A DNA stretch of 64,000 nucleotides from an uncultured Verrucomicrobiae bacterium (GTDB lineage Bacteria; Verrucomicrobiota; Verrucomicrobiia; Chthoniobacterales; Chthoniobacteraceae). Below, piece after piece: positions 41,119-53,753 of the stretch. Numbering within the stretch: position 1 is the first letter of the stretch; each line of letters starts with the position of its first letter. The notes below the pieces were generated by a model. That model saw only the letters and a list, made by a program, of their open reading frames with translations, was not told the origin of the DNA and searched no databases. The position numbers and the translations under genes were made by a program. The stretch covers positions 960,001 through 1,024,000 of the forward strand of contig CAVYKI010000003.1 of the NCBI GenBank assembly GCA_963769025.1. The letters run 5' to 3'.

Positions 41119-42003
41119 CTACCGCTCGCGCATCAACACCGCCTTCGCCGCGGCCAGCTCCTTCAGCTTGGCCTTGCTGACCCTCGGGAAATGCAGGTCG
41201 AGCGATTGCAGCGTCTCGATGATCGCCGACGCCACGGCCAGGCGCGTGAACCACTTGTTGTCCGCCGGGACGACGTGCCATGGCGCGTCCTTCGTCGCGG
41301 TGTGGCGGATCATGTCCTCGTACGCCTCCATGTATTCGTCCCAATGCGCCCGCTCCTTCACGTCGCCCGTGGAGAATTTCCAATTCTTCTTCGGCTCATT
41401 CAGCCGGGCGAGGAACCGCTCGCGTTGCTCGCCCTTTGAAACGTGGAGGAAAAACTTCCGGACGATCACCCCGTTCCGCCCGAGGTAGCTTTCAAACGCG
41501 CGCACGTCCTTGAACCGCTCCTTCCAGATGTCCTCGGTGACCAGCTTCGGCGGCAGCTTTTGCGCTGCGAGAAATTCCGGATGCACGCGCACCACGAGCA
41601 TCTCCTCGTAGTACGAGCGGTTGAAAATGCCGATCCGGCCGCGCTCCGGCAGCGCCTTCGTCGTTCGCCACAGGAAGTCGTGATCGAGTTCCTGATCGCT
41701 CGGCGCCTTGAAGCTCGTGACCTCGCAGCCCTGCGGATTCACGCCCGACATCACGTGCTTGATCGTGCCGTCCTTCCCCGCCGCATCCATCGCCTGGAAA
41801 ATCAGCAGCAACGCCCACCGATCCTGCGCGTAGAGCTTTTCCTGCAAATCGCTGAGCAGCTGCACGCTCTCCTGGAGCAACTCCGCCGCCTTGTCCGGCG
41901 ACTTCAGTTTCCCGGTGTCCGCCGGATCCACATCCTTGAGCCGGAATTTCTTCCCCTTGGTGACGCGATACGGTTTGGCGAGGTCTGGCAGGGATGCATG
42001 CAT
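41119..42003 (-). CDS. ppk2: Polyphosphate kinase 2 family (class III-like)
   Basis: QAMDAAGKDG, FNRSYYEE, KNWKF, PADNKW. Confidence 0.93.
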   Translation of the reverse strand: MHASLPDLAKPYRVTKGKKFRLKDVDPADTGKLKSPDKAAELLQESVQLLSDLQEKLYAQDRWALLLIFQAMDAAGKDGTIKHVMSGVNPQGCEVTSFKAPSDQELDHDFLWRTTKALPERGRIGIFNRSYYEEMLVVRVHPEFLAAQKLPPKLVTEDIWKERFKDVRAFESYLGRNGVIVRKFFLHVSKGEQRERFLARLNEPKKNWKFSTGDVKERAHWDEYMEAYEDMIRHTATKDAPWHVVPADNKWFTRLAVASAIIETLQSLDLHFPRVSKAKLKELAAAKAVLMRER

Positions 42004-42068
42004 GGCGTTCGGGAGTTCCTGCAAAAGGCTACCCGCTTCAGCCGATGCAGCCGATGGAAATCTTCCCC

Positions 42069-42140
42069 GGTAGGGCGGCTTCGCTGAAGCCGCCCCGTTC
42101 TCCCGGCAAAAGCGGGCGCGCTCGGCGAGCACGCCCTACC
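42069..42140. repeat. REPIN-like doublet (GTAG family 1 variant)
   Basis: GGTAGGGCGGCTTCGCTGAAGCCGCCC ... GGGCGCGCTCGGCGAGCACGCCCTACC. Confidence 0.8.
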
Positions 42141-42143
42141 GAA

Positions 42144-43580
42144 TCACCAAGCCCGCTCGATCGAGCGGCGCTTCCACAGGAACTCGAACATGTTCCCCTC
42201 GTGCGGCTGATCCCACGAGATGGCCATCGTCGAGATCGGGCCGATGTTCAGGCGATCGATTTCCCCGAACGCCTCCAGTTCGCCGATGAATTTCGCGTCC
42301 TTCGTGATCGCCGACACCGCAAGCGAGTAGCCGATTTTGCCGAGCATCTCGGACTGCGGGCACTGCACGACGCTGGCGTACGGGCAGAGGAATTCCTTGT
42401 TCGACAGCGGGTGCGCGAAGCTCTCGCAATGCACGATCGTCGGGCGCAGATACACGCCGCCCTCGAACTCCACCCTGCGCGGGCCGCCGCGGTACTTCGC
42501 CGTCGCGTCGGTCGCGCCAGGCGTCTTCAGCCCGTCCTCGATTTGCGCGTCAATGAAGTCGGCCATCTTCACATTCGCGAAGCCGGAGAGCCGCGCGTTC
42601 GGGTCGTCGTTCCTCGTCGGCTGGATCGGGCCGAGCTTCTGCGCGAGCGCGTCGGCGATTTCGGCGGCGTATTTCGGCACGACGACGGCGCTCGCATTGA
42701 TGCACGAGCGGCCGCCGTTGTCGCTGATCGCCCCGGCGATCACGTCGATGTAGTCGCGCCAGTTCTCGATGCAGTCGTCGCCGATGATGAATTTGCTCCA
42801 GCCCGGCCCGTGGAGCTGGATCGCCGGGTTGTTCGCGTACTGCGCCATCGTGTTTTTGTCGCCGAAGATGAGCGCGCGCCCGCAGCTCTTCAAAATTTCG
42901 CCCGCACCCTCGTGGTCCGTCGGGTAAAAGCCGAATGCCTCCGCCGGCACGCCCGCCGCGATGAATGCCTGGATGAGCCGGAACGGCGTCCACGGCTCGT
43001 CGCGTCCGGGCTTGATGACCACCGGCGTCTTCAGCGCGATGGCCGGGAGCCAGAGCGAATTCACCGCGGGCGAATTGCTCGGCATCACGAGCCCGAGCGC
43101 CTCGCACGACGGGAAAAAGGAGAGCTTCGTGCCGAACTGCTCGCCGAATCCCTTGTCGATGATCGTCATGTCGAGCCCGCGCGAGAGGCCGTTCAGGATC
43201 ACGTCGAGATGCGTGAGCGCGTAGTGAATCTTGGTCATGTTGCGCCGCACCATCACGTGCGGCAGCCCGCTCGTGCCGCTGAGCGTCGCGACGTATTCAT
43301 CCGCCGACTGCGTGTGCCCCTTGTCGCCGAGCGGCAGCGTGCCGTTCAGGAAAAACTCGCCCGCCTTCGCCGACATCGCGATGAGTTCCGCGACGGTGAA
43401 TTTCTTCAGCGCCGCCCGCGCGTCGCCGAGCTTGCGGAAGTCCTTCCGCAGAATGCCCGCGTTGATCGAGGACACGACCGCCTTCACCTCGCCGGTGCGG
43501 TGATCCTTGATTTCGAGCTTGTCGAGGCTCTCGTAGCTGCGGCCGAGACGGAGGACGGGAAGATGCGGGACGGTGCTCAT
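42144..43580 (-). CDS. Aldehyde dehydrogenase-superfamily protein (acyl-reductase-like)
   Basis: MPSNSP, IKPG, HGPGWSK, GRSCINAS (catalytic Cys), QPHEGN. Confidence 0.8.
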   Translation of the reverse strand: MSTVPHLPVLRLGRSYESLDKLEIKDHRTGEVKAVVSSINAGILRKDFRKLGDARAALKKFTVAELIAMSAKAGEFFLNGTLPLGDKGHTQSADEYVATLSGTSGLPHVMVRRNMTKIHYALTHLDVILNGLSRGLDMTIIDKGFGEQFGTKLSFFPSCEALGLVMPSNSPAVNSLWLPAIALKTPVVIKPGRDEPWTPFRLIQAFIAAGVPAEAFGFYPTDHEGAGEILKSCGRALIFGDKNTMAQYANNPAIQLHGPGWSKFIIGDDCIENWRDYIDVIAGAISDNGGRSCINASAVVVPKYAAEIADALAQKLGPIQPTRNDDPNARLSGFANVKMADFIDAQIEDGLKTPGATDATAKYRGGPRRVEFEGGVYLRPTIVHCESFAHPLSNKEFLCPYASVVQCPQSEMLGKIGYSLAVSAITKDAKFIGELEAFGEIDRLNIGPISTMAISWDQPHEGNMFEFLWKRRSIERAW

Positions 43581-43650
43581 AGCGGGTAGGGTTGTTGGAA
43601 AGGGACGCGATTGATACGTGAGCGTAATACCTGTGGCAATGGCTTTTTCT

Positions 43651-43793
43651 CCGTAGCCGCCGACGGAAGGAGGCGGGCTGTCCGAATGGCGAGCAACGAA
43701 TGGCCGATGGGGCGCTAAATGCCGCAGGCCGCAGGCCACCTTCGTCATTCACCATTTTTTGATCAGCCCGCCTCCTTCCGTCGGCAGCTACGG
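43651..43793. repeat. REPIN-like inverted pair (GTAG family 2) with heptamer units in the spacer
   Basis: 30-bp arms CCGTAGC(C/T)GCCGACGGAAGGAGGCGGGCTG with 1 mismatch. Confidence 0.85.
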
Positions 43794-43841
43794 ATCAACG
43801 TGCTTGGATTCCAGCCGCTCCGCCGATCATCCTGCCCCGTG

Positions 43842-44330
43842 ATGGAAATCCGCCCCGCGACCGAAGCCGACATCCCGCTGCTGCGCGATCTCGCGCAGCG
43901 CATCTGGCGCGAGTGCTACCCCGGCATCATCACCTCCGAACAGATCGAATTCATGCTCGGCTGGATGTACAGCGAGGAGGAAATCCGCAGGCAGCTCGCT
44001 GCGGGGATCCCGTGGGCGGTCGCCGAGCAGGACGGCAAGGCCATCGGCTACCTTTCTTACCAGCCCGAGCCGGACGGGCGGGTGAAGATCAGCAAACTTT
44101 ACGTGCTCCCCGCCCGGCAGCGGCAAGGTCACGGGCAGCGCCTGCTCGCACACATCTGCGAGCAGGCGCGTGCGCTCGGAGCGCGGGAAGTGTGGATGCA
44201 GGTGAACAAGCGCAACGAGCCCGCCATCGCCGCGTATCTCAAGGCGGGTTTCCGCATCGAAAGGGAGGCGGTGTTCGACATCGGCGGCGGCTTCGTGATG
44301 GACGACTTCCTGATGGCCAGGGCGCTGTGA
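43842..44330 (+). CDS. GNAT family N-acetyltransferase
   Basis: KLYVLP..QRQGHG, VNKRN..AI..Y...GF, FVMDDF. Confidence 0.9.
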   Translation: MEIRPATEADIPLLRDLAQRIWRECYPGIITSEQIEFMLGWMYSEEEIRRQLAAGIPWAVAEQDGKAIGYLSYQPEPDGRVKISKLYVLPARQRQGHGQRLLAHICEQARALGAREVWMQVNKRNEPAIAAYLKAGFRIEREAVFDIGGGFVMDDFLMARAL

Positions 44331-44394
44331 GCATTCGCGCGGCCGTCCTGATCGCGGTTGGCTTTCTCACATCGCCGCCTATCGTGCGCGGCTC

Positions 44395-45192
44395 ATGAAT
44401 GTTCTCTGCATCGCCGCGCTCTGGATGTGCTGTTGCATCCCGGTGTTTGCAGAGGGGACCCCGCTCGCGCAGGCGGTGGGGGAGGGAAAGTTGGTCGCGA
44501 CGATCTCAGGAAACGGCCGCGACTCCGCGATGCTGAAGCTTTCCAACGCAGGCTCCGATCCCCTCACGGTCACCCTCCCGGCCGGCTCGGTGCTCGATGC
44601 AAAAACCGGCGAGCGGCAGGTGACGCTCCGCACCTTTACGACAAAGCTCGACGCGGGCACATCAGCGGAAGCCGTCGTTCCGACTGCGGCGCTCGCGCTG
44701 AAAAATGCACCGGCGCAACATTCGCTGACGCTCGGCGGCACCCCCGAACCGCGGCTGGCACCCCTGGTGAAGCTTTTCGCGGATCAGAACGACCTGCCGC
44801 GCGGGACGGCGCAGCTCGCAGTCTTCATCCTGCTCGAAAACATCCAGTGGCCGGCCTGGCGCGCATGGGCCGCTGCGGCGACCGGCAAACTCCCGCCGGA
44901 AGCCCCGACGCCCGCCGAGGTCGCGCAGGCCGTGGATGCACTCGCGCTCGTCCGCCTCGCAGCGCCGGAAAGCAAACCCGCAATGCTCGCGAGCGAAGAC
45001 TTGAAGCGGCTCGCACTGCGCAATCCCTGGGCGCGCGCGAAGGCGATGGGGCTGTACAGCCTCACCGTGGAGGACGCGCTGACGGGCGACCCGGGGCTGC
45101 CGCCCGATCTCAAGCAACTGCTCCACACCTCGCCGAACGACAATTGCCCCACCTGCCGCCTGCGGCAGCGGATGGAAGCGGACATCCCGTGA
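44395..45192 (+). CDS. Secreted hypothetical protein
   Basis: Signal peptide, coding-like codon bias, C-terminal CPTC; no family recognised. Confidence 0.6.
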   Translation: MNVLCIAALWMCCCIPVFAEGTPLAQAVGEGKLVATISGNGRDSAMLKLSNAGSDPLTVTLPAGSVLDAKTGERQVTLRTFTTKLDAGTSAEAVVPTAALALKNAPAQHSLTLGGTPEPRLAPLVKLFADQNDLPRGTAQLAVFILLENIQWPAWRAWAAAATGKLPPEAPTPAEVAQAVDALALVRLAAPESKPAMLASEDLKRLALRNPWARAKAMGLYSLTVEDALTGDPGLPPDLKQLLHTSPNDNCPTCRLRQRMEADIP

Positions 45193-45272
45193 GGGCGGGC
45201 GGGCGTTCGCCCTTGTAGCGCGACGGGCTAGTTGATAGCAGGGCGCTCGCTTTACCCGCCACGCACCCACCC

Positions 45273-47234
<1,962 letters not shown>

Positions 47235-47419
47235 GGGGCCGGCTGGCTGCCAGGATTGCAATTCGCCCTGGCGGCTGCGGCCCATTAACGATCGCAATGC
47301 AGATCGACGCCCGGGAATTGCGGGATTTTGTTCTTCCTCCCGGACGACGGGCTTCGAGCCAGAGACAAACGCCCGGTCGGTGAGCGGTTGGCCGGCAAAG
47401 TGACTCCCTGACCCTCCCC

Positions 47420-48229
47420 ATGCACGCCATCAAAAACATCGGCTATCTGACCGACACGATCTTCCACGATCGCGATGGTTTTGTGGAGGAGCACGCGGAC
47501 TTTTTTTCGATGCGAACTCCCACCAACCCCACGTTCTGGTTCGGGAATTTCATCCTGTTCAAGCGGGCGCCCATCGCGGGCGATTTCGACGGATGGATGG
47601 AGATTCACCGGCAGGTGTTTGGCGGCACGCTGAATCATGCGACGTTTGGTTGGGATGAACCTGCGCCGGGCTTCATCGACGAGTTCATCGCCGCAGGCTT
47701 CCGGACCTCGAACGGGTTGGCGCTCTCGATGTCCGCCTACGACGGAGGCGCGGCGATCAACCCGGATTTGACGGTGCGACAGTTGAGGGGCGCATCCGAT
47801 TGGGAGGCGATGGTCGGACAGCAGATTCAAATCGATCGCGAAGACTTTCGTTACCCCGAAGACAGCGGCTTTTTTCGGCGGACACAGATGGCGTCGCTGA
47901 GAGCCATGGCTGAGGAGGGACACGGCAATTGGTGGGGTGCCTTCGCCGGAGGCGAATTGATCGGCGGAATGGGGCTCTACTTCGATGCGGCGCGAACCGT
48001 GGGTCGTTTTCAATACGTGACCACGCGTGCGAGTCATCGTCGCCAAGGTGTATGCACGACGCTGCTCGACCGCGTGGTGAGGCATGCCTTCGAGACCGTG
48101 AAGGTGAAGCACGTGGTCATCTGCACCGGCGCGGGCGACGCGAATCCGGCCATCCCCACCTATCGAAACTTCGGCTTCTGCGAAGCGGTGCGCAGCTATG
48201 CGCTGACTCGGCGCGATGAAGTGCCTTGA
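47420..48229 (+). CDS. GNAT family acetyltransferase
   Basis: NPTFWFGN N-terminal motif; RFQYVTT..HRRQG, Y..FGF. Confidence 0.8.
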   Translation: MHAIKNIGYLTDTIFHDRDGFVEEHADFFSMRTPTNPTFWFGNFILFKRAPIAGDFDGWMEIHRQVFGGTLNHATFGWDEPAPGFIDEFIAAGFRTSNGLALSMSAYDGGAAINPDLTVRQLRGASDWEAMVGQQIQIDREDFRYPEDSGFFRRTQMASLRAMAEEGHGNWWGAFAGGELIGGMGLYFDAARTVGRFQYVTTRASHRRQGVCTTLLDRVVRHAFETVKVKHVVICTGAGDANPAIPTYRNFGFCEAVRSYALTRRDEVP

Positions 48230-48352
48230 GCGCGTGAGCCCGCTCATATGCCCGCGAAATGGGCACCTGTTTCCCAAAAACCTAAGCAACCAACTTGGAT
48301 TGCAAATTGCGAACCACCAGGGACCCCGAAGCCCCGCAATTGCAAGGCTCGT

Positions 48353-48995
48353 TCAGCGCTTCCGCAACAGGCAGCGCGAAGGCGCGCCGTCGCCTTTGTC
48401 GAATTTGATCGGCAGGCAGAGCAGGTCGTAGTTGCCCGGCTTCACCTTCGACAGGTCGAGGCCCTCGATGATCCACACCTCCGCGCCGAGCAGGATGTGG
48501 TGCGTCTCGATGCCGTCTTTGTAGAAGCCGCCGACGCTGAGGTAATCAATGCCCACCGTCTGCACGCCCGCAGTCCACGAGCACCTGCGCCGCCTCCTTC
48601 GAGATATAGACGAAGTCCTTGTCGAACTCAGGCTTCTTCCAGCTCACCGCCGAGTTGCGCGTCTTGAAGATGAGCCGCTCGCCCTTGCGCGGCTTCAGCT
48701 TCTTCAGCTCGGCGGGCTTGATGGCCTCCTTGTCCTTGATCTCGACGACGCGCGCCGGGCCGATGACGGCGTCCCACGGCAGATCGTCCATCGTCTTTGC
48801 GCCGTGGAGAAAATGCAGCGGCGCATCCATGTGCGTGCCGGTGTGCGAGCTGAAATTGACGGCCGTCACGTTGCACACGTCGCCCTTCGCCGTGCCGACG
48901 TGCATCGAGGTGAATGTCGGCGGATTTCCCGGCCAGCCGTGCATGGCATTGGAGATGGGAACGGAAACGTCGAGCCAGGGATTTTGCTTTGCCAT
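48353..48995 (-). CDS. Cyclase / kynurenine formamidase family metal hydrolase, frameshift near 48570
   Basis: HTGTHMDAPLHF, VGIDYLS, IIEGL, DGAPSR. Confidence 0.88.
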
Positions 48996-49002
48996 AGGAC
49001 GG

Positions 49003-49044
49003 AAGCTCAAAGCGCGTGGCTCGAAATTCAAAGCTCAAATTTCG
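49003..49044. repeat. Degenerate heptamer tandem array (6 units)
   Basis: AAGCTCA AAGCGCG TGGCTCG AAATTCA AAGCTCA AATTTCG. Confidence 0.5.
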
Positions 49045-49059
49045 GGCGAAGGCCGTCCC

Positions 49060-50187
49060 TTAGAACTGGATCACGTTCTTGATCCCCTGCGCCTTGCCGG
49101 TGAGCAGTTCCCGGTGCGCGCCGATGTCGTGGCGACCGGTGATCAGCGCGTTGAGGGCCGCAGGCCAGCGCTTCTTGAATTCCCCGAGGTCGCGGACCGC
49201 CTCCGCGAAATCCTCGCGGCTCGCGTTCACCGTGCCGATGATCGCCTGGTTCTTCAGCGTGATGTTCCGCATGATGTTGTCCGCGTACACCGGGATGGCG
49301 GGCTTCTGCGACGGGATGCCGGTGAAAATGAACACGCCGTTGATGCCGAGCACGCGCATGAGGTCGAAGGAGACATCCCCCTCGCCGACCGCCTCGTAAA
49401 CGAGGTCGATGCTGCCGATGTGCTGCGCGAGATCGTCCACGCCCATCTTCACCGAGGAAATGTACTCCACGCCGATCTGCTCGGCGATGTCGGCCTTGAA
49501 ATTCGGCTTCGGCGAGCGCGAGTAGGTGAACACGCGAAAGCCCTCGACGAGCAGCTTCATCGCGCCGAGCAGGCCGATCGGACCCGCGCCGAGGACGACC
49601 GCGTTGCGCCCGTGGCCGCGGCCCTTGCCGTCGCGGTTGTGATGCTCCCAGCCGGGCACGCGCTTCTGCACCAGCCACGCCTGCGAGAGACCTTTCTCCG
49701 CGATGGTGAGCGGCTCGGCCATCACCGCCACGTCGCGCAGATCCGGCGGCACCAAGGTGAGATACGGTTCCTCCTCGACGAAGAACTCCGTCATGAATCC
49801 GTGGAGCTGGTTGATCCCGCGCTCCGTGAACTGCCACGTCGCGCAGTAATCCTGCCGGCCATCGCGGCACGGCCCGCAATTCGGATCCGGGCAGGGCCGG
49901 CGCACGCTCGGCACCACGAGATCGCCGACCTTGAATTGCTTCACCGCCGACCCGACCTCGACGACTTCGCCGAGGCATTCATGGCCGAGCAGCAGGTAGT
50001 CCGTTCCCGCCGGTCCCTGGCCGTAGGCAAACGTGCAAATTTCGCGATCCGTGCCGCAGATGCCCACCTCGATTGTGCGGATTTTCACATCGCGCGGGGA
50101 GGAAATCACCGGCTCGGGATGCTCGATCATCCGCAGCTCCCGCTGCTTGGGAATGACACCGACGCCTTTCATCAGTTTGGGTTTCAT
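49060..50187 (-). CDS. Zn-dependent (MDR) glucose 1-dehydrogenase-like protein
   Basis: [19 protein letters not shown]......C, ERGI...HGF, GAGPIG, GTVNA. Confidence 0.85.
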   Translation of the reverse strand: MKPKLMKGVGVIPKQRELRMIEHPEPVISSPRDVKIRTIEVGICGTDREICTFAYGQGPAGTDYLLLGHECLGEVVEVGSAVKQFKVGDLVVPSVRRPCPDPNCGPCRDGRQDYCATWQFTERGINQLHGFMTEFFVEEEPYLTLVPPDLRDVAVMAEPLTIAEKGLSQAWLVQKRVPGWEHHNRDGKGRGHGRNAVVLGAGPIGLLGAMKLLVEGFRVFTYSRSPKPNFKADIAEQIGVEYISSVKMGVDDLAQHIGSIDLVYEAVGEGDVSFDLMRVLGINGVFIFTGIPSQKPAIPVYADNIMRNITLKNQAIIGTVNASREDFAEAVRDLGEFKKRWPAALNALITGRHDIGAHRELLTGKAQGIKNVIQF

Positions 50188-50477
50188 CGTGAATATTTTG
50201 GAAGGTGGAGCCCGGTTGCGACAGTGCCATGGGGACCGGCTGCAAAGGAACATATCACCCGAGAATGTCGCGAGCACAATTTTTGCGATCTTGCCCGTCC
50301 TGCGGCGACATTCGCACGCTTCGGCGGGACGCCGCCCGGGCTTTGCAGTTGACTCGCCGCAGCCCGGCAATTTTCCTCGCGGACCGCTGCTCCAACTGCC
50401 CCGGAGGGCACGGCCTGCGTTCCCGTGCGGTGACTCGCGCGCAGCCGTCCGCCGGGGCGCATCGAAACCCATCCCAC

Positions 50478-51521
50478 GTGCAAATCGAACCCTTTGGAAA
50501 AACCGCCGCCGGCGAGCCGGTGGACGCATTCATCCTCACCAACCGCCACCACAACCTCCGCGTGAAGCTGACCAACTGGGGCGCGTGCCTCGTCGAGATG
50601 CACACGCCGGATCGCGACGGCGCGATGGCGGACATCACGCTCGGCTTCGACACGCTCGATCGCTACCTCGTGAAGCATCCGCATTTCGGCGTGACCACCG
50701 GGCGCTTCGCAAACCGCATCGCGCGCGGAAAATTCACGCTCGATGGCGTCGCACACCAGCTCGCGACGAACAACGGGCCGAACCATCTCCATGGCGGTCC
50801 GACGGGATTCCACGCGCGCGTGTGGAGGGCCGAGCCGCTCGCGGAAGGACACGGCGTGCGATTTTCGTACACGAGCGCCGATGGCGAGGAAGGCTTCCCC
50901 GGCACGCTCACGGTCGCCGTGACCTACACGCTCACGGATGACAACGATCTGCGGCTCGATTACGAGGCCACGACTGACAAGCCGACGATCCTGAACCTCA
51001 CGAACCACGCCTACTGGAATCTCGCCGGTGCATGCGAAGGCGACATCCTCGGGCACGAGGTGACGTTGAATGCGACCCGGTTCATCCCCGTGGACGCCAC
51101 GGGCATCCCGACCGGCGAAATCTCCGCGGTCGCCGGCGGGCCGATGGATTTTACCACGTCAAAGACGCTCGCGAAGGACTTCGCGCAAATGACCGGCACG
51201 CCCGGCGGATACGACCACTGCTACGTAATCGAGCACGCCAGACCCGGCGCGTTGACGTTCGCTGGCGAAGCGTATGAGCCGCGCAGCGGACGCGTGCTGA
51301 AAGTCTCGACGACCGAGCCGGGCATCCAGCTTTACACGGGGAATTTCCTCGATGGCTCCGTGATCGGCAAAGGTGGGAAGGCGTGCAAAAAGAACTATGG
51401 CTTCTGCCTGGAGACGCAGCACTTCCCCGATTCGCCAAACCAGCCGTCCTTCCCGAGCACGGTGCTGCGGCCCGGCGAGACTTTCCGAAGCACGACGGTG
51501 CATCACTTTTCCACGCGCTAG
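50478..51521 (+). CDS. galM: Aldose 1-epimerase (mutarotase)
   Basis: GRFANRI, NHLHGG, NLTNHAYWNL, GYDH, CLETQHFPD; GTG start. Confidence 0.93.
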   Translation: MQIEPFGKTAAGEPVDAFILTNRHHNLRVKLTNWGACLVEMHTPDRDGAMADITLGFDTLDRYLVKHPHFGVTTGRFANRIARGKFTLDGVAHQLATNNGPNHLHGGPTGFHARVWRAEPLAEGHGVRFSYTSADGEEGFPGTLTVAVTYTLTDDNDLRLDYEATTDKPTILNLTNHAYWNLAGACEGDILGHEVTLNATRFIPVDATGIPTGEISAVAGGPMDFTTSKTLAKDFAQMTGTPGGYDHCYVIEHARPGALTFAGEAYEPRSGRVLKVSTTEPGIQLYTGNFLDGSVIGKGGKACKKNYGFCLETQHFPDSPNQPSFPSTVLRPGETFRSTTVHHFSTR

Positions 51522-51528
51522 CCGGCGA

Positions 51529-52734
51529 CTACACGAGCACGCGCTCCGGGGCGACGACTTCGCGGCGCTGCGTGAGCCTCGCGATGAGGCGGTCCCAGTG
51601 TTCCTGCCCGGCGATGATCTCGATCTCCACACGGAGAAAGTAGATCGGCACCTCGGGCTTGTCCGCGCCGCCGATGCACGCGGGAAAACGGACACCGTCC
51701 TTTTCCGTCGTCACGATGAAGTCCGCGTCGCGTCGCGCGCAGCGGGCGACGAAGTCCGTCAGTTCCTGCCCGCGGAAGCGGTGATGATCCGCGAAGCGCG
51801 TCGTGATTTCGAGGTTTGCGCCCAGTTCGCGCAGCGTGCGCTCGAAGCTCTCGGGCCGCGCGATGCCGCTGAGCACGCCGAGGTATTTGTCGCGCAGGTC
51901 GGTGAGCGGGCGCCGGTCGGCGGCGTCGTAGATGTTCTGCAGATACACCGGCTTGTGGACGCATTCGACGATGTCCGCGGTGCGGTTGTATTCGCGGATG
52001 CGCTTGATGAGCGCGCGGCTCTCGCCGGGCACGGCCTTGGTGATGAGGATGCAGTTTGCGCGGCGGAGATTTGCGGGCGGTTCGCGCAGGGTGCCTCGCG
52101 GGAGGAGGAATTCGTTTCCAAACGGGGCCTGGCGGTCGATGAGGCAGATGTCGAGCCGGTGCTCGATGTCGAGATACTGCATCCCGTCGTCGAGGATGAG
52201 GATGTCCGCCTTGTGCTCCGAGACGGCGATCGCGCCGGCGCGGGCGCGGTTCTTGTGAACGAGCACCGGCACGTCGCCGAGGCTGCGCGCGAGCATGAAC
52301 GGCTCGTCGCCGGCCCACGCGGAATCGAGCAGCAGCTTTTTCCCGTCATGCACGACGCGCGGCTTGAACTTGCCGAAAAATTTCCGCCTCAGCCGGCGCA
52401 ACACCGGGAGCTTCCGGTTCTTGTAGCCGCGGCTGAGGATCGCGACGTTGCGTCCGCCGTCCTTCAGTTCGCGCGCGATGCGCTCGACGACGGGCGTCTT
52501 GCCCGTGCCGCCGACGGTGAGATTCCCGACGCTGACGACCATGACGCCGAGCTGCCGGCCTTTCCGGATGCGCATGCGGCAGAGCCAGAGCCGGAACTGC
52601 ACGCCACCGCGGAAAAGCCACGAAAGCGCGTAAAGAAACCAGCGCAGGAGCATCGCGCGCTTCCCGAACCGGCGCTCGAGGATGACGTCGGTCGCGAACT
52701 GCTCGAAGCGATCGAGATTGTCACGAAACGACAT
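51529..52734 (-). CDS. lpxK: Tetraacyldisaccharide 4'-kinase
   Basis: [36 protein letters not shown]. Confidence 0.95.
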   Translation of the reverse strand: MSFRDNLDRFEQFATDVILERRFGKRAMLLRWFLYALSWLFRGGVQFRLWLCRMRIRKGRQLGVMVVSVGNLTVGGTGKTPVVERIARELKDGGRNVAILSRGYKNRKLPVLRRLRRKFFGKFKPRVVHDGKKLLLDSAWAGDEPFMLARSLGDVPVLVHKNRARAGAIAVSEHKADILILDDGMQYLDIEHRLDICLIDRQAPFGNEFLLPRGTLREPPANLRRANCILITKAVPGESRALIKRIREYNRTADIVECVHKPVYLQNIYDAADRRPLTDLRDKYLGVLSGIARPESFERTLRELGANLEITTRFADHHRFRGQELTDFVARCARRDADFIVTTEKDGVRFPACIGGADKPEVPIYFLRVEIEIIAGQEHWDRLIARLTQRREVVAPERVLV

Positions 52735-53578
52735 CTTCGTCCCCGGCGTCGCGGGTGCCTTCGTTGTCCGCCGTCGCGATGATGATGTGCGAGCCCGGCG
52801 GCGCCATGTCGAGCATCGCCGTGGCGATGGCGTCCGGATCGACGTTTGCCACGCAGCAGATCGTGGAGCCGCTGCCGCTGAGGAATCCGCCGAGTGCGCC
52901 CGCCCTTTCGCCGGCGGCGATGGCCTTGGTAAGGAAAGGGATCAGCGGCTCGCGATACGGCTGGTGAAGGCCGTCGGCGAAGCAGCCGCGGAGCAGATCG
53001 TAGCGCCGGTTCAGGAATGCGGCCGTGATCCGGCAGGCATTTGCCACGCTCGTCACCGCGCCTTTCCGGGGGATCGATTTTGGGAGAACCTCGCGCGCCT
53101 CCGGGGTGGAGATTTCGAAATCGGGAATCAGCAGGATGAATTTCAGCGTGTCATCCACATCGCAGCGCAGCGTCTCCGCGCCGGAGCGCGCGACGGTGAA
53201 ACCGCCGAAGGCCGCGGGCGCCGCGTTGTCGGGATGGCCCTCGAGTTCGGCGCACAGTTCGTAGAGCCGCTTCGGCCCGAGCTCCGAGCCGCTGAGCGCG
53301 TCCAGGCCGTGAAGCACGCCGAGCCGCACCGTCACACTGCTGCCGAGTCCCCGCGCGCGCGGGACTTCGCCCTCGATGCTCCACTGAAAGTCAAAGGGGT
53401 CGAGCCCGTTCGTTTTGAAAAAAAGATCCGCCGCCTCGGCGACGATCTTCGGGTGCGCTCCTCCCTCCGCGCGCCGCACGGTGACACGGTTGGAAATGCT
53501 CAGCGCGACGCCGAGGCAGTCGAAGCCGGGGCCGAGATTGGCCGTCGTCGCAGGCACGCGGGTGGTGACGCTTTTCAT
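52721..53578 (-). CDS. thrB: Homoserine kinase
   Basis: VPATTANLGPGFD, PRARGLGSS, EGHPDN, LSGSGST. Confidence 0.95.
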   Translation of the reverse strand: MKSVTTRVPATTANLGPGFDCLGVALSISNRVTVRRAEGGAHPKIVAEAADLFFKTNGLDPFDFQWSIEGEVPRARGLGSSVTVRLGVLHGLDALSGSELGPKRLYELCAELEGHPDNAAPAAFGGFTVARSGAETLRCDVDDTLKFILLIPDFEISTPEAREVLPKSIPRKGAVTSVANACRITAAFLNRRYDLLRGCFADGLHQPYREPLIPFLTKAIAAGERAGALGGFLSGSGSTICCVANVDPDAIATAMLDMAPPGSHIIIATADNEGTRDAGDEDVVS

Positions 53579-53753
53579 CGCCGCCATGAAACCGCCGCAA
53601 GCGCCATGCGGTCAAACGTCGAATGCGGCGCCCCACATCTTAAAATGGCACCGCGTTTTGAATCCCAGCCGCCGCATCGCATGCTCCGCAGAGGCAGACA
53701 GGGCGCTGCGCCGGGGTTTGACCCGTCGTCGGCCATCCGCTAAATGTCAGCCC

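Noticed and set aside
47235..47419. Possible riboswitch upstream of the GNAT gene
   Set aside because: Only weak hairpins and no recognisable aptamer consensus; an Rfam scan would be needed
53646..53661. Sigma-54-like TGGCAC upstream of uxaC
   Set aside because: No GC at the -12 position; a sigma-70-like motif at 53718-53746 fits better
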